In this document: piece by piece, positions 13,396 to 27,112 of the stretch
Layout of the letters: every line of letters starts with the position of its first letter
Numbering within the stretch: the stretch's first letter is position 1
DNA from: Takakia lepidozioides
Lineage: Eukaryota; Plantae; Bryophyta
Direction: 5' to 3'
Assembly (NCBI GenBank): GCA_030704615.1
Contig: CM060732.1
Coordinates: 10,912,001-10,976,000 of the forward strand
Length of the DNA: 64,000 bases
Translations under genes and position numbers: made by a program
The notes under the pieces: generated by a model
Databases searched by the model: none
Told to the model about the DNA's origin: nothing
What the model saw: only the letters and a program-made list of their open reading frames with translations

Positions 13396-14633
13396 TTCAC
13401 AGATCTGCAAGCAAATGCAGAGACAAGACCGGGGTAGAGTTGTGATCTGGCGAGTGACCAATAATCTCTCTTGCTCTGCAGACTGGGTCTTGCTCAAAGA
13501 ACCTGCTTTTGGGCAGGGAAGTACCTACAAATGGCAAAAGTGCGTCATAAAGGACAATGCGGGAGCAGAAACACGCCTGCAATGGCAAAATGTGTGCCGG
13601 GAAGATGTGAGATGAGATTCCCCTACAATAACAGTACTGAGACAAACGCACCACTCAAGCAGGACATGCACAAGGTGGGTGTGAAGGAAGAAGGGGGGGC
13701 TGAGAATGAGAGAGAAAAGTATGACTTAGAGCTGTGGTCCGACTTAAGAAGTAGGGAGTGGTAGAAGGGTTATAAAGAGGACAGTGGGATGGTAACCGAG
13801 GAAGAAAGGGTGGTAAGAAAGAAGAGAGGTGGAGGCAGGGCAGGACATGGGCAGCGCCAGCGCAGCAGAAACAATGAGGGGCTGCCAGGTCTGAGGCTTG
13901 CCGTTGACGGCCAGCTGCGCACCATGGCAGTTTCTCTACAGGCCAGCTGCGAGCCCTCCGTTGCCCCTTCTTTCGGAGTCTCAAGATCTGAGGGACAAGA
14001 GCCTGTTGCTCCCCATCAGACCTTTGGTCTCCACACTCTTCTGTTTTTCTTTGTGTTCTCTTTTGTTCTAAACACGCCATCATTGTTGCAACTTTCCGTC
14101 GGTATTCACAAAAGTGTCGTAACATAAGACAGACTGGGTGGATGTCCAATTCTTCTATCATTGCGTATAACTGTTTTCTCTCTTTTCTTTTCGGCTCCAA
14201 ACAAAGCTTCTCTACATTTGTCGCCGTCCAACTGCTCGGAAACATTGCAAAGCCCACAGAAGCCTTCATTAACCCATAAATGCAAACTGTACAAAATCTG
14301 AGCCCTTTATTTGAAACTAAACTCTTTCCTACTACCTATATAGCCGCGAAGCACCAAAGCTCACTAGGGAGGGATGAGAATATAATACAGCACACAACAA
14401 GTAGTAGGAATTGAGCCCAGAATCATCTGGGTGGCATATTGCTTCGGCAGGAGTCAACATTGTTTCAAATCCTGGGTTGGACAAGGGAACAGTAGTACAC
14501 CAACCCACCACGCAAGCATAGCACAGAGGAGAAGGTAGGGTTTGAGCCTCAAAGAGCTAAACCAACACAGCTTCCAATAGTCTGGGGTGAGTGTCTCCTG
14601 TTATGCTTCATGGCTTATATGAAAGGGGGTTAA

Positions 14634-15854
14634 CCCTTAAGTGGTATATCGACCCATTTGGGTCCGTCAGGTTTACTAAACTGGCCATTACTCCCTCTGG
14701 TTAAGACTGATTAGCCCTAGCACAAGGGCTCATTTGAAAGATAAAAACTTTTTCCTTCAAATGGCATTGGCCAATTGGCCAATGCCCCAAAGGGTTGCCA
14801 GGTGGAGCCCGCCAAGTGGGGCACACGCAGCTTTTTGGAGGGGATTTGGCCCCCCTAACCTGCCCAGGTTGCAGACGTGGCAACCACGGCCAGGTTAGGG
14901 TGAACATAGGATACCCCATGAAGCTGGGGGCGGCACATTTCCACAAACCCCTTGAATGCTGGGCGGGTGAAATGATGGCCCTACAGGTCTGGGCATTCCC
15001 AGGCCTGGGCCCTAGCCTAAATCGACGGCGATGGCAGCTCTGGCCAACACCAGGCTGGAGGGAGTGCAGCCGCGATGGCGGCAGAGCTCGCGGCTCGAGA
15101 AAACTCCCATGAGGAGTGGGTCAAACCTAGGGCGGGGGTTTGATAGGGTTGAGGGTGGAGTGGGCCCCCATGAAAGCAGGGCCGGGTAGCCAGAGGCGCT
15201 CCCAAACCCCGTGGCCTTCTGGGCTATGGCTCCAAATATCCTAGGCCTGCAGGCTATAACCTAGGTGTGCCATTTGAAGTCTTGGGCAGGGAACCTAAAG
15301 ATGCGATGACGTTGACTGATTGGATCCAAAGTTTTTTGGGGATCTCATATGGATGCTCACAACACTTCAACCGGAGGGATTAGGAATTGAACGGCTGAAT
15401 TTGGTTGTATAATTATAGGAAGAGAGATTTTGGCCTGCCCAAAGAAAATGGCATATTTTGACCCCCCAATTTGTCACTACAAAGGAGCCCACTTGAGAAA
15501 ATTTCAGAAAAAAACGAAAATTTCTGAGGATGTGTGTTATCAGGTATGGAACAACATTCTTGAGACTCTCAAAAAAGGAGAAACTAAAACTGCCCAAATA
15601 CGAGAAAAAAACAGTTATTTTTGGTACCTATTTCTTAGCGAAGAGTTTTTTTGTCTCCACTCTACACTTTATTATCTTCCGATCTGGCGGTTGGAATTTG
15701 ATGAAACTTTTTGTGGCAGGAGGTGGGGTAGGTGGGAGGTAATTCCAACGGTCAGTTTTACAGGGGCACAAAGATTCTCCAGATAAAAATGTTTTTGTGG
15801 GCCAGGGTCATGTTTTTCCACGAGAGGGTGAAAATGAGTCTGGGCAATTAAGGG
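14634..15854. mobile_element. Non-autonomous piggyBac-like DNA element (1221 bp) with TTAA target duplication
   Basis: TTAA (14630-14633) is followed by CCCTTAAGTG..GACCCATTT. The right end is ..AAATGAGTC.TGGGCAATTAAGGG followed by TTAA (15855-15858). Termini are CCC...GGG with a 9/10 TIR match plus a shared GACYCATTT. No transposase ORF. Confidence 0.6.
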
Positions 15855-18800
15855 TTAATGCCCCCCCCCCCCTCTCCGTTAGTACAGGGCCTGGATTGTG
15901 AGCTCTAAAAAGAAAGATCAAGTAAAAGTGATGTTGTTAGCAACGGAGGTCTAGTGATCAAATTGCCCTTGTATTTTTTTGCTTCAATCCTGTCCGGCTA
16001 GGTTACCAAGGCAGTCAAGCTTGGGGCAGTTGCCTGCACCTTCCTCATATTTCTTACTAAGTGGGTATTGGAACAGCTTCGAAATCCAACAGTGGCTGGA
16101 TTTGTGAGTGGAAGTTGCTCCGTTTAGAAAAAAGAACATATTTGTTAGCATCCAAATTCTCATAAACACCCATTTTGTGTTGCTCAAAGACAAAAGGGTT
16201 CTTAAAACTTGAAAGCCAAATTGCAGCGCGTATGGTTGTTGTGGGATTTTGCTTCTGCAATCGGGAATGTCAGGCTGCCGGTCAGCACCGGGAAAACACA
16301 ATCCTTTTTTTTTTTTTTTTTTTACGTAGACTGTAGAGGGCCCATTGTCAATTTGGGTATTTCCTGAAAAAAAGGCCGCTATTCACGTCATCGCTGAACA
16401 GCAGAGTGCCTCTGCGGCGTTTGAAGCTCAGCTTGCTCAACGTGGATGCTGGAGGAGCCATGGATCCCACCTGCACGATCTCCTTCCAATCTTGTGTGCA
16501 GCTTTGCCTTCAATACATGCTTTTCATCAGTCAGCACACAAGCAACACCCAAGTGGGGGCCCCCCTCCATCCCCATTCATCCAGGAGCTCCTTCCACACC
16601 CTGCAATGTAGGGCCTACCATCTCCATCTTCATTTAATTCATCTAGATCCACTCCCCCCGACCCAACACCCACAACGATCCACAAGGCACTCATAAGTTC
16701 ATTCATGCAACATCCGCATCATCCCACTTCACCACCCTTGGGCCCCACACGGAAGTTACTGTGTCATCATCTTCGCAAAATCCAGCAACCCACATTCCCT
16801 TCAATCCAGAGTGAGGATCCACCGACTCTCCCAGCTTGCAAGCTTCTGATCTCAAGCCATAAAGCCTAGTGCAGTCCTAGCAAGTTCCAATCCCACTGGC
16901 TTCGATTCCTGGGGAAGCATGAGGACAACGACCACCGCTGGACGAGATCGAGCTGCACACACAGCAGCAGCGAAAGGAGAGTGATGACTCTCTCAATCAT
17001 CAACCCCCAGAATCAATCATCTGCAGCCTTGGTATACAGCTCACTCTGCAGGTGAGCCCAGGCTTGACCGGCCTTAAACTCTAGATTAGCTATGGTGGAT
17101 CTGCAGTTTGGGAGAGAGATGATCAGCCCCAAGAGCAGCCATCTTCAACCACCGCCCGAGACTGAGTGAAGGCTCTCCACCTGTTCCGTTTCCACTCACT
17201 CCACCAACTTCTCTTTCCCCACCTCAGGGAGAAAACGGAAACCAAAAACCCTAAAAGCAAATATCATCATCCACATCCATCCGGCCGCCATGCACGCCAT
17301 CATTGCCGCCCTTTACTGCTTGGACCTTCCCGGCGGCGCCAATTTTCCCGGCGACGCGTGCGACGGGATATTCCTCTTCGGACAACTCCCCGGAATCACG
17401 GTCGCCGGTAACTTCCCGCCGTAAATCCCGAGCGCAGTTTACCGGTACCGACCCGACGGCCGCCGACGGAATCTCGCAGCACCGAAAGAATGTAGAAGAA
17501 TGATGCGGGGATTATATCATCTTATTGGATGCAATATGCCCCTCATCGACGATAATCTCTGCCTCATCCCCCTCAGATATGGATGACGGGTGTGCAGGAT
17601 GGATGCGAATATGGGATTTATCCACACATCGGCGGTCAACGGTCTTTATTTAAAAGTAGCGTGCAATAGAGGGTAAGGGCCCATGTGGGCGGCGCCAATA
17701 ATTCATTACTTGAGGGTCACATTCGCACGACTCGCATTTACTCTACCGTCGGGGTAGTCAGCAAGTTGGAGTCAAGTATGTACCCTGCTCTCATTTTCAC
17801 AATATCCACTCCCTCTGCTATATTTATATGTTTTTTCTATTTAGAATTTGCCACCCTTTTGATTTTTTATTTGTGGTCCACTAAAGTTAGAGTGTGACTG
17901 GACGAGATGGATGAGGAGGCGGTGAAATTATGGCCTACGTCATCCGTTCACTTATGTGACCGAAGTGGAGCTGTCATCCATGAACTTATGATGGTAATTG
18001 AATGGAGCTGAGGCATCGATGAAGTCCATTTTACCAGTCATCCTCCATCAATGAGCTAACGGATGAACTATCTCTCCTATAGATGAAAGTTCACTGTACA
18101 CGACATGGGTAAGTCAAGTTGGGAAGTCAAACGGTCCACTTTCCAACAAAACCCACCTAACAAGTTGATGGCTGAAACCCTCATCTTATGGATGAAAGTG
18201 CGTTGAGAAGAATGTAGCACATTACTGAAAATTTCAATGAAATCCTTGTCATTTTTCTTCTCACATTTCGGGATACTTAATTCTTACAACCGGACATGGG
18301 TTACACCTAACACAAGGTGCACACAAATGGATGCTTCTAAGACCCAGATTTCTGTAACAAGACACAGCCTTTCTGTAACAAGACACAGCCATCATGTCCT
18401 CTCTCACAAGTGCAAGACGGGATCAAACAGTTGAAACAATTGCGTGCGACCCTGTGTAGATTATAATCTTGTCGGCGACTAGTGATGCGCATGTCCAATG
18501 AATTCATCCTTCTCGTCTCTCTCCCTTCCTATGTGTACTACAAGAGTGTTGAGCGCTGGTTTCCATTTCTTTAATACAACTTACTAAGCAGTACCCTCAA
18601 CCAGGCTCTTGATTATCTAAACTGATTTTTTTAATTAAGGAAAGATTGACAAAAACAAAAAATACAAAAAATACAAACAAAACAAAATAGCCACATTCAT
18701 CACTGGATGAAAAGAACATTGGTAGTATTCCATCCACCATGAGTACATACAAATATAGTCTGACTTCCCGCAGGAGACAATGATGACGCCTCAGTCTGCT

Positions 18801-20217
18801 CTTCACGATGTCAGTCTGTCTGCAGTTTGAACCCACGACCACCCGGCGCCCGACCACCGTCTCCAAACCTAGCCTAAAAGCTTTAGCAGGTGACTCAGCG
18901 ATAATAGACCACGTGCACGATCTTGACACTTGTGCCCTAAAAAGCTGTCGCGGCAGGCACCGCGGCCTGTAACCCGTTGGATGTGACTGTGATGTGTCGC
19001 GCACAGGCGATCCCATAAAGTGCCGCGTGCAAATTCGATCGCCCACGAGTGTCACATCGAGCCGTGTGATCAGGGAGATCAATCGATGGCCAGAAGAGTC
19101 TCACCGCCTTGGGATTCGGGACGGATCAAACGGCCGAAAGAGGGCACCGCGTGCCTAGTCTTTCGGCCACACGTTTGTCGCTGGCAGATCCTTCCTTTGC
19201 CACGTAGTTGATTTTCTCACCGTCAGATCCTGCGTACAGAAGCCCCTTCGTAAAGATTCATCTAGAATAATAATATAATACAGTATAGTAGACCTAATTC
19301 TGATGGATGATGAAATTTGCGACTAAAGGATGGAAGCGAATCAGATGGATGAAAAGCCCCAGAGCAACCAACAAGGGATCTGTGTCCCGGGACAGAGAAC
19401 GGTTGACCGTTAGCCTCTGGCCTCTTTCTCTCCCCCTCTCCAGTCAGAGAGAAGAATGAAAACAAGGAACTGTAGAGAAATGAAATGAAATGATACTTTG
19501 GTCAGAGAGAAATGTACTCTTGCCGTTCCCTACGATACTAGAGAGAGAGTTAACAGCAGGATATTGCCAACGCCCTCTGTAGCATGTTTATGAGGCCGCC
19601 ATAATCACACCTCAACACTGGCCTAGAACAGCCCCAATTTCCAACGCTTTCAGAACCCACATTGTCATGAAGTTGACAGTTTCATCGTGTGATGAGATAC
19701 AAAGAAACGACCAACTTACAAAACCTGAATACAATGAGTAGACATGACTGCTACACAAAAGCCCTGAGCTCCAACAGTTTCGTGCAGCATGTCAAAGAGC
19801 TTCAGTACTCTGGTCAATCTCTGGAAAATCATCAGTCCCCACATGACAGACAAGCCTCTGGAATTGACTGAAATGGCAGATAGCTGGAGCATTAGGGCTG
19901 CATTAGCCTGAGGGTGTGACTCTGGTGGTTTGAATGGATCGTTCCCTCTATGAAGATTTTCTTCCAGGTCATAGAGAAAATCTTGATGAAGTGATTCCCG
20001 ATCCACAGCTTCCATCTGAATGCCAGGTCTGAAACTTCAATTCATTTGTCAAATCCCTGAGTTCACTGGGAAGAACTGAACCAAGTTCATGTCTGTCAGC
20101 TCCAGAGAGTAGCCACATGAGTTGCAAATACATGAGTGCAATTAATCATCCTGCTGTTAGTATGTGTCTACACCCTCGGTGTTCAGTTCTTTTCTGATTT
20201 ACGCATTCCTATGGCAG

Positions 20218-22447
20218 CAGTCAGGTTGTCCAAATGTATGGAGAATTGCACGTCGCTTCATGCAAGTGGCAGCACCCTATTGGAGATCTGAAGAGAAAGG
20301 GAAGGCATGGTTGCACTTAGCAGCGGTGATTCTTCTCACAGTGGCCACAACTGTCATAAGTGTGGGCTTCAGTTTTCAGCAAAGATATTTCTACAATGCC
20401 CTTGCCAGTGAGTGAGAATCATGCCTTTTGCCTCATGACCCATATCACTGGGCTTTTGGAAATCAACGCATAATGTGAAATCCACCACAGACAATTTCTA
20501 ATGTCCAACTCCGGGTAGATAACTGGCATTGCATCCATGTGGCACATTTGAACAGTGCTTCATGCATGCATATATTAATGACATATGATGATGGCTCTAG
20601 GTAAGAACTAGGTGGAGTTTGGAAGGCAGCTGTTGTATTACCTGGGTGCCCTTCTGGGTGGGATTCCAGTAAGTTTAACAATAACTTTCTTTCACTCTAA
20701 GCAGAATGCTTTTCCAGCTATGAGAGAAATCCTTGTAAAATGAAGCTGCACAGAGTACCACACACACACACAGGTGAGAGAGTCGCCAGGCAAGGTCTCC
20801 TTCCAGTCACGAAGCCTTGTTTTTTTCAAAGGGAAAACAGTGCTCTAATCTGAATGTGGTTTCTATCCCTAGGTCCTGTCCGGCAAAGTAGTGCATGTCT
20901 TACTTCATCAGGATAAGCTTTTTGTGAAGATGAATGTGGGTCTGATTGCAGGTATTTGTGCTCCGTGATTACTGCCAGGATTCACTTGCACTGCGATGGA
21001 GGGGCTGGATGACAAATTATTATATTGATCGCTATTTCGAAAATCAGACATTCTATAACATACAATCTCAGTCACTGATTGACAACCCTGACCAACGAAT
21101 AGTTGATGACCTTGACTCCTTTGCTGGCACCACGCTGGGCATTGCTTTGGCTATATTCAATTCGATTGTAGACTTTGCTTCCTTCAGCAGCATTCTCTAT
21201 GGGATTTATCCGCCCTTGTTCCTGGTACTGATCCTTTACTCCCTTTTGGGAACCATCATCAGCGTAGCTCTGGGCAAGGTATGTCACTCCCATTTTCCTC
21301 TCCAATGTCCTTCTGTCTAGTGTAATCCTGCAGGTTCCACTCCTAATCCAGCGATCTTAACTACTCTCCTTTCCCTCTCACTCTCTCTCTTCCTACATCT
21401 TTAATATTACCTTCTTTTCTTCTCTCTCTCTCATGATTTTTTCCTTTTCTCTCGTTTTGACATACATGCAAGGAGATTTGTAGTGAATTGTAGGTAGTGC
21501 TCCCAGATTTAAAACTATATTCATCGGCAGCTGTACCTGATTACCGGAGTGAAATGCATTCTGGTGAAGCAGGATCTTGTAGGCCTGAGTTTCATGCAAG
21601 AGAAGACAGAGGCTGACTTCCGATATGGATTGGTACGTGTCCGTGAAAACGCAGAGTCCATTGCATTCTATGGGGGAGAAAGCACTGAAATAAAACTTCT
21701 CCTCCAACGTTTCAAGCAGTTGTTTGACAACTACACTGTACGAGCCCTCTTTCCACGGTACTCGCCCATTTCACATGACTAGGTTCAGCCTAACACACTT
21801 CACCAATGCTTTACTAGAAGAAGAACATCATCTGTAGGGTAAAGCAAAGCTTTTACCACAATACTTTAAAGTTTGAAGATCAACTTGTACAGCTTTCCCT
21901 CATCTCCCTGCATGGATTTCTCTATCGGATTGTTGGAAACCCACACTGCATCACAAGACAAGTGTTCTCACTTCCGTACATAACTGGCTGAAGCTCTGCC
22001 TCTTCAGTGCTTAGGACCTTTTGACACATTGTTTTTGGTTTGTTTGTAGGTCTCATCTGCTCCTGTTGACGTACTAAGTCTCTCTATGAGCTTTCCCCGG
22101 ACGTTATACAGCACCATTCCATTTCTTCTCTCTAACACCCATGCACACCCGACACGTAAAGATCGAATTAGGCATACGTACTTACGTGTCTGTGTTGTGT
22201 GATTGGAACGCGATGCAGGCGATACTCAAAGTCAACAGAAATCTGAACTTCTTCACAAGTGCATATCGCTGGACTATCCAGCTGTTGCCGGCTGCGGTCG
22301 TGGCACCTCTGTTTTTCAGAGGGAGCATTGAGTTTGGCATTATTAACCAGTCCTTCTCAGCATTTGATCACGTCTTAAGCGACCTCTCAATCATTATCTA
22401 CCAATTTCAGTGGATCAGCGGTTTTTTTGAAGTCGTTGAAAGACTGG
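20218..22447 (+). pseudogene. ABC transporter D family (plastid/bacterial-type ABCD2-like half transporter), 5' exons encoding the TM domain
   Basis: Exons ~20218-20407 (AAPYWRSEEK..RYFYNALA), 20601-20668 (SKN*VEFGRQLLYYLG..GGIP, in-frame TAG at 20609-20611), 20952-21278 (LALRWRGWMT..IDNPDQRI), 21573-21737 (EAA motif EADFRYGLVRVRENAESIAFY) and 22219-22447. Confidence 0.9.
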
Positions 22448-23868
22448 GTAATGTCTGTTTCTCTTAAGTGTGTCTTCCCATCTCCACAGCCTCCTTTGAT
22501 CCCCAAGCGCATGGATGTAATGTATTTCTTCTTTTCCGTTTTTTGGGTTAGGCACTAGGGTGTACTAAGTACTTCCCACTTTGTCAGTAGTAACTATACC
22601 CAGGACGAAGAATCGTTCCTAGTGCCAAATCTCTGGCCATATGATGTGGTGCAATGGGTAGGTATCGACGCAGATGCACTGGAATCAGACTGCAGCTCTT
22701 TCGCCTCAGTCTGCAAGTCCCAAGTTGTTGCTGAAAGTTGTGCGCCCTTGGGTCTGAACTCTGTAGGGGTTAGATCTTTCCACTTTTAAGCCAAAAGACA
22801 AAGCATAGATAAAAATGACAACTCCTTGGGCCTCTTGGCCACTAAAGAGGATTAGTCTCTCTCTTTCCCAAGCTCCTACTATTCCTTGGGTAGCTAGGAC
22901 CAAGCTAAGGTTAGATATAAGCTTCCAACAACAATGGACAAGCAAGAGACAAGCAAAAACAAACACACACACATGAACAAGGGCTAAGACTCTCTTCTCT
23001 CCACTCAAAGGGGGTCACTTGGCTAAGTAGGCTACCAAAACTTGAAGGGAAGGGGTAGTGCTCACCTCTCCTATGGGGTTTGTTGCTCCTACCTCCTCTT
23101 CACTCAAAGGCTCATCACACTCTCAAATGACAAAACCTCTTTGCTTTTTGGGGAAGATGCTCTCATTTTTCACATAAAAATGGCTCTTGGCCCTTGATAG
23201 AAAGGGTGTCTGCCATCACCCAAATTTGAAAAACAAAAAGACCGAGTGGGCTGGTGTGGCTGCGCGCCAATGCTAGCCCCTCGTTGCTGCGAATTGCTTG
23301 ACAGAGAGCATGCGTGATAGAGAGGGTGCCTGCCATCACCCAATCAGATTAGAGCTTTCTGAAATACAGAAGACCTTTCGAAATAGGTACCCGGAGCAGC
23401 CTTTAGCAATGATGTTGGACCCAGTCTGCTCTCCTCTTACGGAACCCCCACCCTCCCTTTTACACTCCATCCATAGTAATTGAAGGGTCTAAGGAACAAG
23501 TTGGTTATGGCAAGCAAAGTCTGCATACCCTTTTTTCTCAGCCCTGGGTCCTTTTGATACTCCAGATGAACGGCGTGAGCCATGCCATTCCCTCTGTAAA
23601 ACTGACTAGTATGTGCCTTGGAGAATCCGAACAGAATAACTGCTGCATATGCAAATGGAAATGCAATAAATCATAGCTTATTGTATCTTCGCGTGTGTGA
23701 GAGAGAGAAAGAGAAAATGTACTCATAAGACTTTGTTGCCATAGCCTCGGCCATAGACCCGCGCCCAGTTTGGACGGAAAGAGTGTACTCATAACACGTT
23801 GTTTGCCGTAGCTTTCTGGCCATTGACCCTGCGCCCAGTTTGAGCGGAACACAAATGGACAGAAACTA

Positions 23869-24520
23869 ACTTTGTCAGGGGCTGACGCCGGTAGTATACC
23901 TTGGAACAGACAATCGATCCGAGTTTTCCAGATATCCTCTAGAGATCCCTTTACATAAGCATCAATCTGTTGCGTGTGATTTGCCAAATAACTAGGCCCC
24001 AAAAGGGCCTAGGCTTTTGGCTCAGCCTCGAGATTTTCAAAGTTGGTAAACAAAGGTACAGGAACAAATCCCTTGATGAATTTGAAGAGGGTGTCTCTCT
24101 AGTGAGAGCACCCAGGCCAATGAATCAGAAAATGAATATTGTCTTTAGGTTGCGCACACGACGAGTATTCGCAATCCCCCATTCCTCTCTGCATCTGTTT
24201 GCTGCTCAAAGGTAGGCTTCCCGCCCTGAGTTTAAATTTCAGTGTAGTGCCAAGAGTGGGTAAACCCTTGAGGTCATCCATGATGGCCTCACCCATGCAC
24301 AGACTCGAAACAAGTTCAGGGAGGTTTTCTGCCTAAACTTCATTTTCATCATACACTCTCCTGGCAACAGACATGGCTTTGGACACTACAGCCTCTAAGT
24401 CAGATTTATCCAGCAGGGTCAAGACTTGCGGACGGAGATTCAGATCCTTGAAATCTCTTCTACCCTCTTCCGCCAGGACTTGAGCCTATTTGGCAGGGCT
24501 TCCAAGATATAGAGTTGACT
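23869..24520 (-). mobile_element. Non-LTR retrotransposon (LINE) ORF2 C-terminal fragment, copy 1, lacking its 3' UTR
   Basis: Translates KFKLRAGSLPL..C...QP.DNIHFLIH (Cys/His C-terminal domain of LINE ORF2) with stops. It is a close direct repeat of 27180-27655. Confidence 0.7.
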
Positions 24521-24581
24521 AACTTAGGATATCTGATATTAGTCATACGTTGCAAATGACCCCACCATCTTGTTTGGATGG

Positions 24582-24850
24582 AAAGAAATGAAATGAAATG
24601 AAATGGTACTTTATAGCGTCCGCAGAAAGCTCAAGAGCTTATGGGACAAAATTGAAAAAAAAAACATGAGAGAGGAAACAAAACCAGAGCCAGAACAGCC
24701 CAAAAGAAACTACTGCTCAAGGGATCGTCTAAGGGTCAGGGCCTCGTGTAGGTAAGCTGCCAAGCATTTCTGATCATAGTGGAAGACTTCAGTGTGAGAT
24801 TGAGTTCCGCGGAATAGACAGTGGAATCTCCCACTGACCTCATAATATAG
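24582..24850 (-). mobile_element. Probable 3' end of another LINE with a (CATTT)n tail
   Basis: A (GAAAT)4 microsatellite at ~24585-24605 adjoins sequence with a decayed-coding appearance. Weak support. Confidence 0.3.
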
Positions 24851-24887
24851 AGGGCAATAAAAGAAAGAGAGAGAGAGAGAGAGAGAG

Positions 24888-24997
24888 GACTCCGGCCGAA
24901 TCCAGTGTAATAAGAGCCACTTCCCCTAGCAAGCTAGGATACTACACCTGGTCAGGGGTGGTCGAGAGAGAGAGAGAGAAGACTCCGGCCGAATCCA
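24888..24997 (+). mobile_element. Short LINE 3'-UTR copy with (GA)n tails; left inverted repeat of the ABCD inversion
   Basis: 24911-24965 (TAAGAGCCACTT...CAGGGGTGGTCGA) is a 54/55 reverse complement of 27124-27178. It is flanked by GA repeats and a duplicated GACTCCGGCCGAATCCA. Confidence 0.75.
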
Positions 24998-25209
24998 ATG
25001 TAGGTAGTTTCTGTCCGTTTATGTTCCGCTCAAACTATATGGTCTTATCTAAGTACTCCCCTCATCTCCACTCTTTATACATTCAAAGTGGATGCAAGGA
25101 ATTGACTTAAAATATGCCATTGTTGCAGGTCTTGTTTCCAGTCATGAGTTTCAGTACCTACATGAGGAGTTTAACGGTCCCTTCCTCAGAGCCTCAGGTG
25201 AGTGCCCAC

Positions 25210-26662
25210 CTCATTGTCTTCATCGAGAGCGCTCGTCGATTCATCCATGAGAGCTAGCTGAGGTTGTGATAGCAGTACTCGCGCAAATGCCAATTTCTGC
25301 TGCTCTCCCAGAGACAGCTCACTGGCCCAGTCAACCTTGGATTCAAGACCTCCACAACGGCCCAGCAAATGCCCCAGTTGAACTTTCTCCAGTGCTGTGA
25401 CTAGCTCTCCATCAGTTGGCAAAGGCCTTGGGTCATCTGGTGGCAAGCTTGAATCTGTCGCCTCAGCCAACAGAAGTGCAGTCTTAAGGAGAGTTTTTAA
25501 ACCAAGTAAGTCCAATGACAAAACATATCTTACTGTTTCTCAGTACTTTCAGGGAGAGGTTTTAGATTGTTTAGTTCCTGAAAGTGACGGACGTACATCA
25601 CCGTCTTGCTAGCATAATATTGGACAGACGAGGCGTGATTCATATGTTCATGCACTGTTTACTGATAGTTTGTGCAGATTCTTGTGAGCCACTCACCTTT
25701 GTCTGTGGAGGATATCCAGGTAGGGTACAACAGTTGTTCGCGCAAAGTCCCAAGAACCATGTAGGGCTTTTGAGGGAGGAAAAACATCTTGCCTTTGATA
25801 GCCACACTCGAAGTGGGGAGCTCTCCAATCCCTTCATTCTCATTGCTCTCATAATACTCAACTTCTTCATTTAAGCTGGTCTCTGACTCAACAGGTGAAA
25901 GCCATACTCCTGCATTTCTTCTGTCATACCTGCAGAAGACTTTGATGGTGCCCTTGCCGGACCGCCATAGTCCTGCAATGGCTCTGAGTACCGATGTCTT
26001 CCCGCTGCCACTTGCCCCCATTATCTGTAGTGACATGAGACTTTGGACAATTTTCTGTATTTCTTCATCATTTTAATAAAAACTGCAGAGCTGGCCAAGA
26101 GATTACTGGTAGAGGATGCTTGACAAGATAACCAATATGAATGTCTTCTGTTCGGCAGATGGGATTGAAATGGGTATTGACTAGGATAACCTTTTGACTA
26201 GGTCTTGAGTTCTACCCACTGTATATGTTTGATGTGCACTGGAGCTGACCCACGATTGGCTTCAGGATTGCCTCAGTTCCTGCTGAATGTGCATTGGCTG
26301 GCAGTGAAATTTAGAGAATTTGGGGATGTGTGCAGTTATACAAATGCATAGTTGCAGCAGCATGAACTCACATGAGAGAAGGGAGACAGTTTATTCTATG
26401 CAACTTACTAGTAGGTTTTCACCTTTGCGAACGATAAAGGAGAGATCCTCCACTAGCGTCATTGTGTACTGGGGTGTCTGCAGCGTCAGATTAGCCACCT
26501 CCAAGAGAGGCAAACCCTCTGCCATCAATGGTAGTTCAATGTCGATTAGTGTGATTTTTGGTAGTCCAATGATATTGCCAGCAGCTTTGTCAGCCTCTGC
26601 TTCTCCTTGCACATGAGAACTGGAGAGTTCATACTGGTGTTCCATTATGTCCGAGAACTCCC
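25210..26662 (-). pseudogene. Inverted exons 6-8 of the same ABCD gene (nucleotide-binding domain)
   Basis: Minus-strand exons 26662-26409 (GEFSD..LLEVANLTLQTP..LVEDLSF..GENLL), 26024-25697 (Walker A GASGSGKT; FLPQKPYMVLGTLREQLLYP) and ~25532-25210 (signature LSLGEQQ, Walker B LALMDESTSALD). Intron phases match the plus-strand exons on both sides. Confidence 0.9.
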
Positions 26663-27112
26663 CTACAAGCATATATTTTTACTCAATCCTCTGAAAAGGT
26701 CTTTAGCTTCAGTGATTCCTTCTGTCCATCTCTTTCCTTTGTTGTTTAAGCATCTTTTAGCATTGAGATGCAAAAACTGTGCATGGCCAACTCGACAGGC
26801 GATCCACTTCTACACAATTACTCCATTTCCATCTGTTCAGCTTATTCTATGAAGCTTTCTTTCGTTCTTTCCTTCTCTCAGGTGAAGTGTGGAGTACAAG
26901 ATCCAAAGTCGATGTTGGTGTCTCGTGAGACACTCTCCCTACATGGCAGAAGCTTTTAGCTGTGACGCCTCGAAGTGCCTGTTGGCCCACAGACTTGAAG
27001 CATTCCACCTTTGTGCAATGCTTGGGTAGTACTGTGGGTGCAGTAGTTCATCGGTTCTTTTTTCCTTTGCTTTGGTGACATAAGTTCTTGATCGTCTCGT
27101 TGAAGTTATAAA

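Noticed and set aside
13655-14269. 204-aa ORF upstream of EXO, and the antisense ORFs over EXO, PHT1 and pol
   Set aside because: They have no recognisable motifs and are shadow or chance ORFs.
15960-19350. Possible decayed DNA transposon(s) with GGATGA/TCATCC-rich tracts
   Set aside because: I could not identify termini, a TSD or a recognisable protein motif.
22700-23560. Possible solo LTR in the ABCD intron
   Set aside because: The composition is suggestive, but I could not define TG...CA ends with a TSD.
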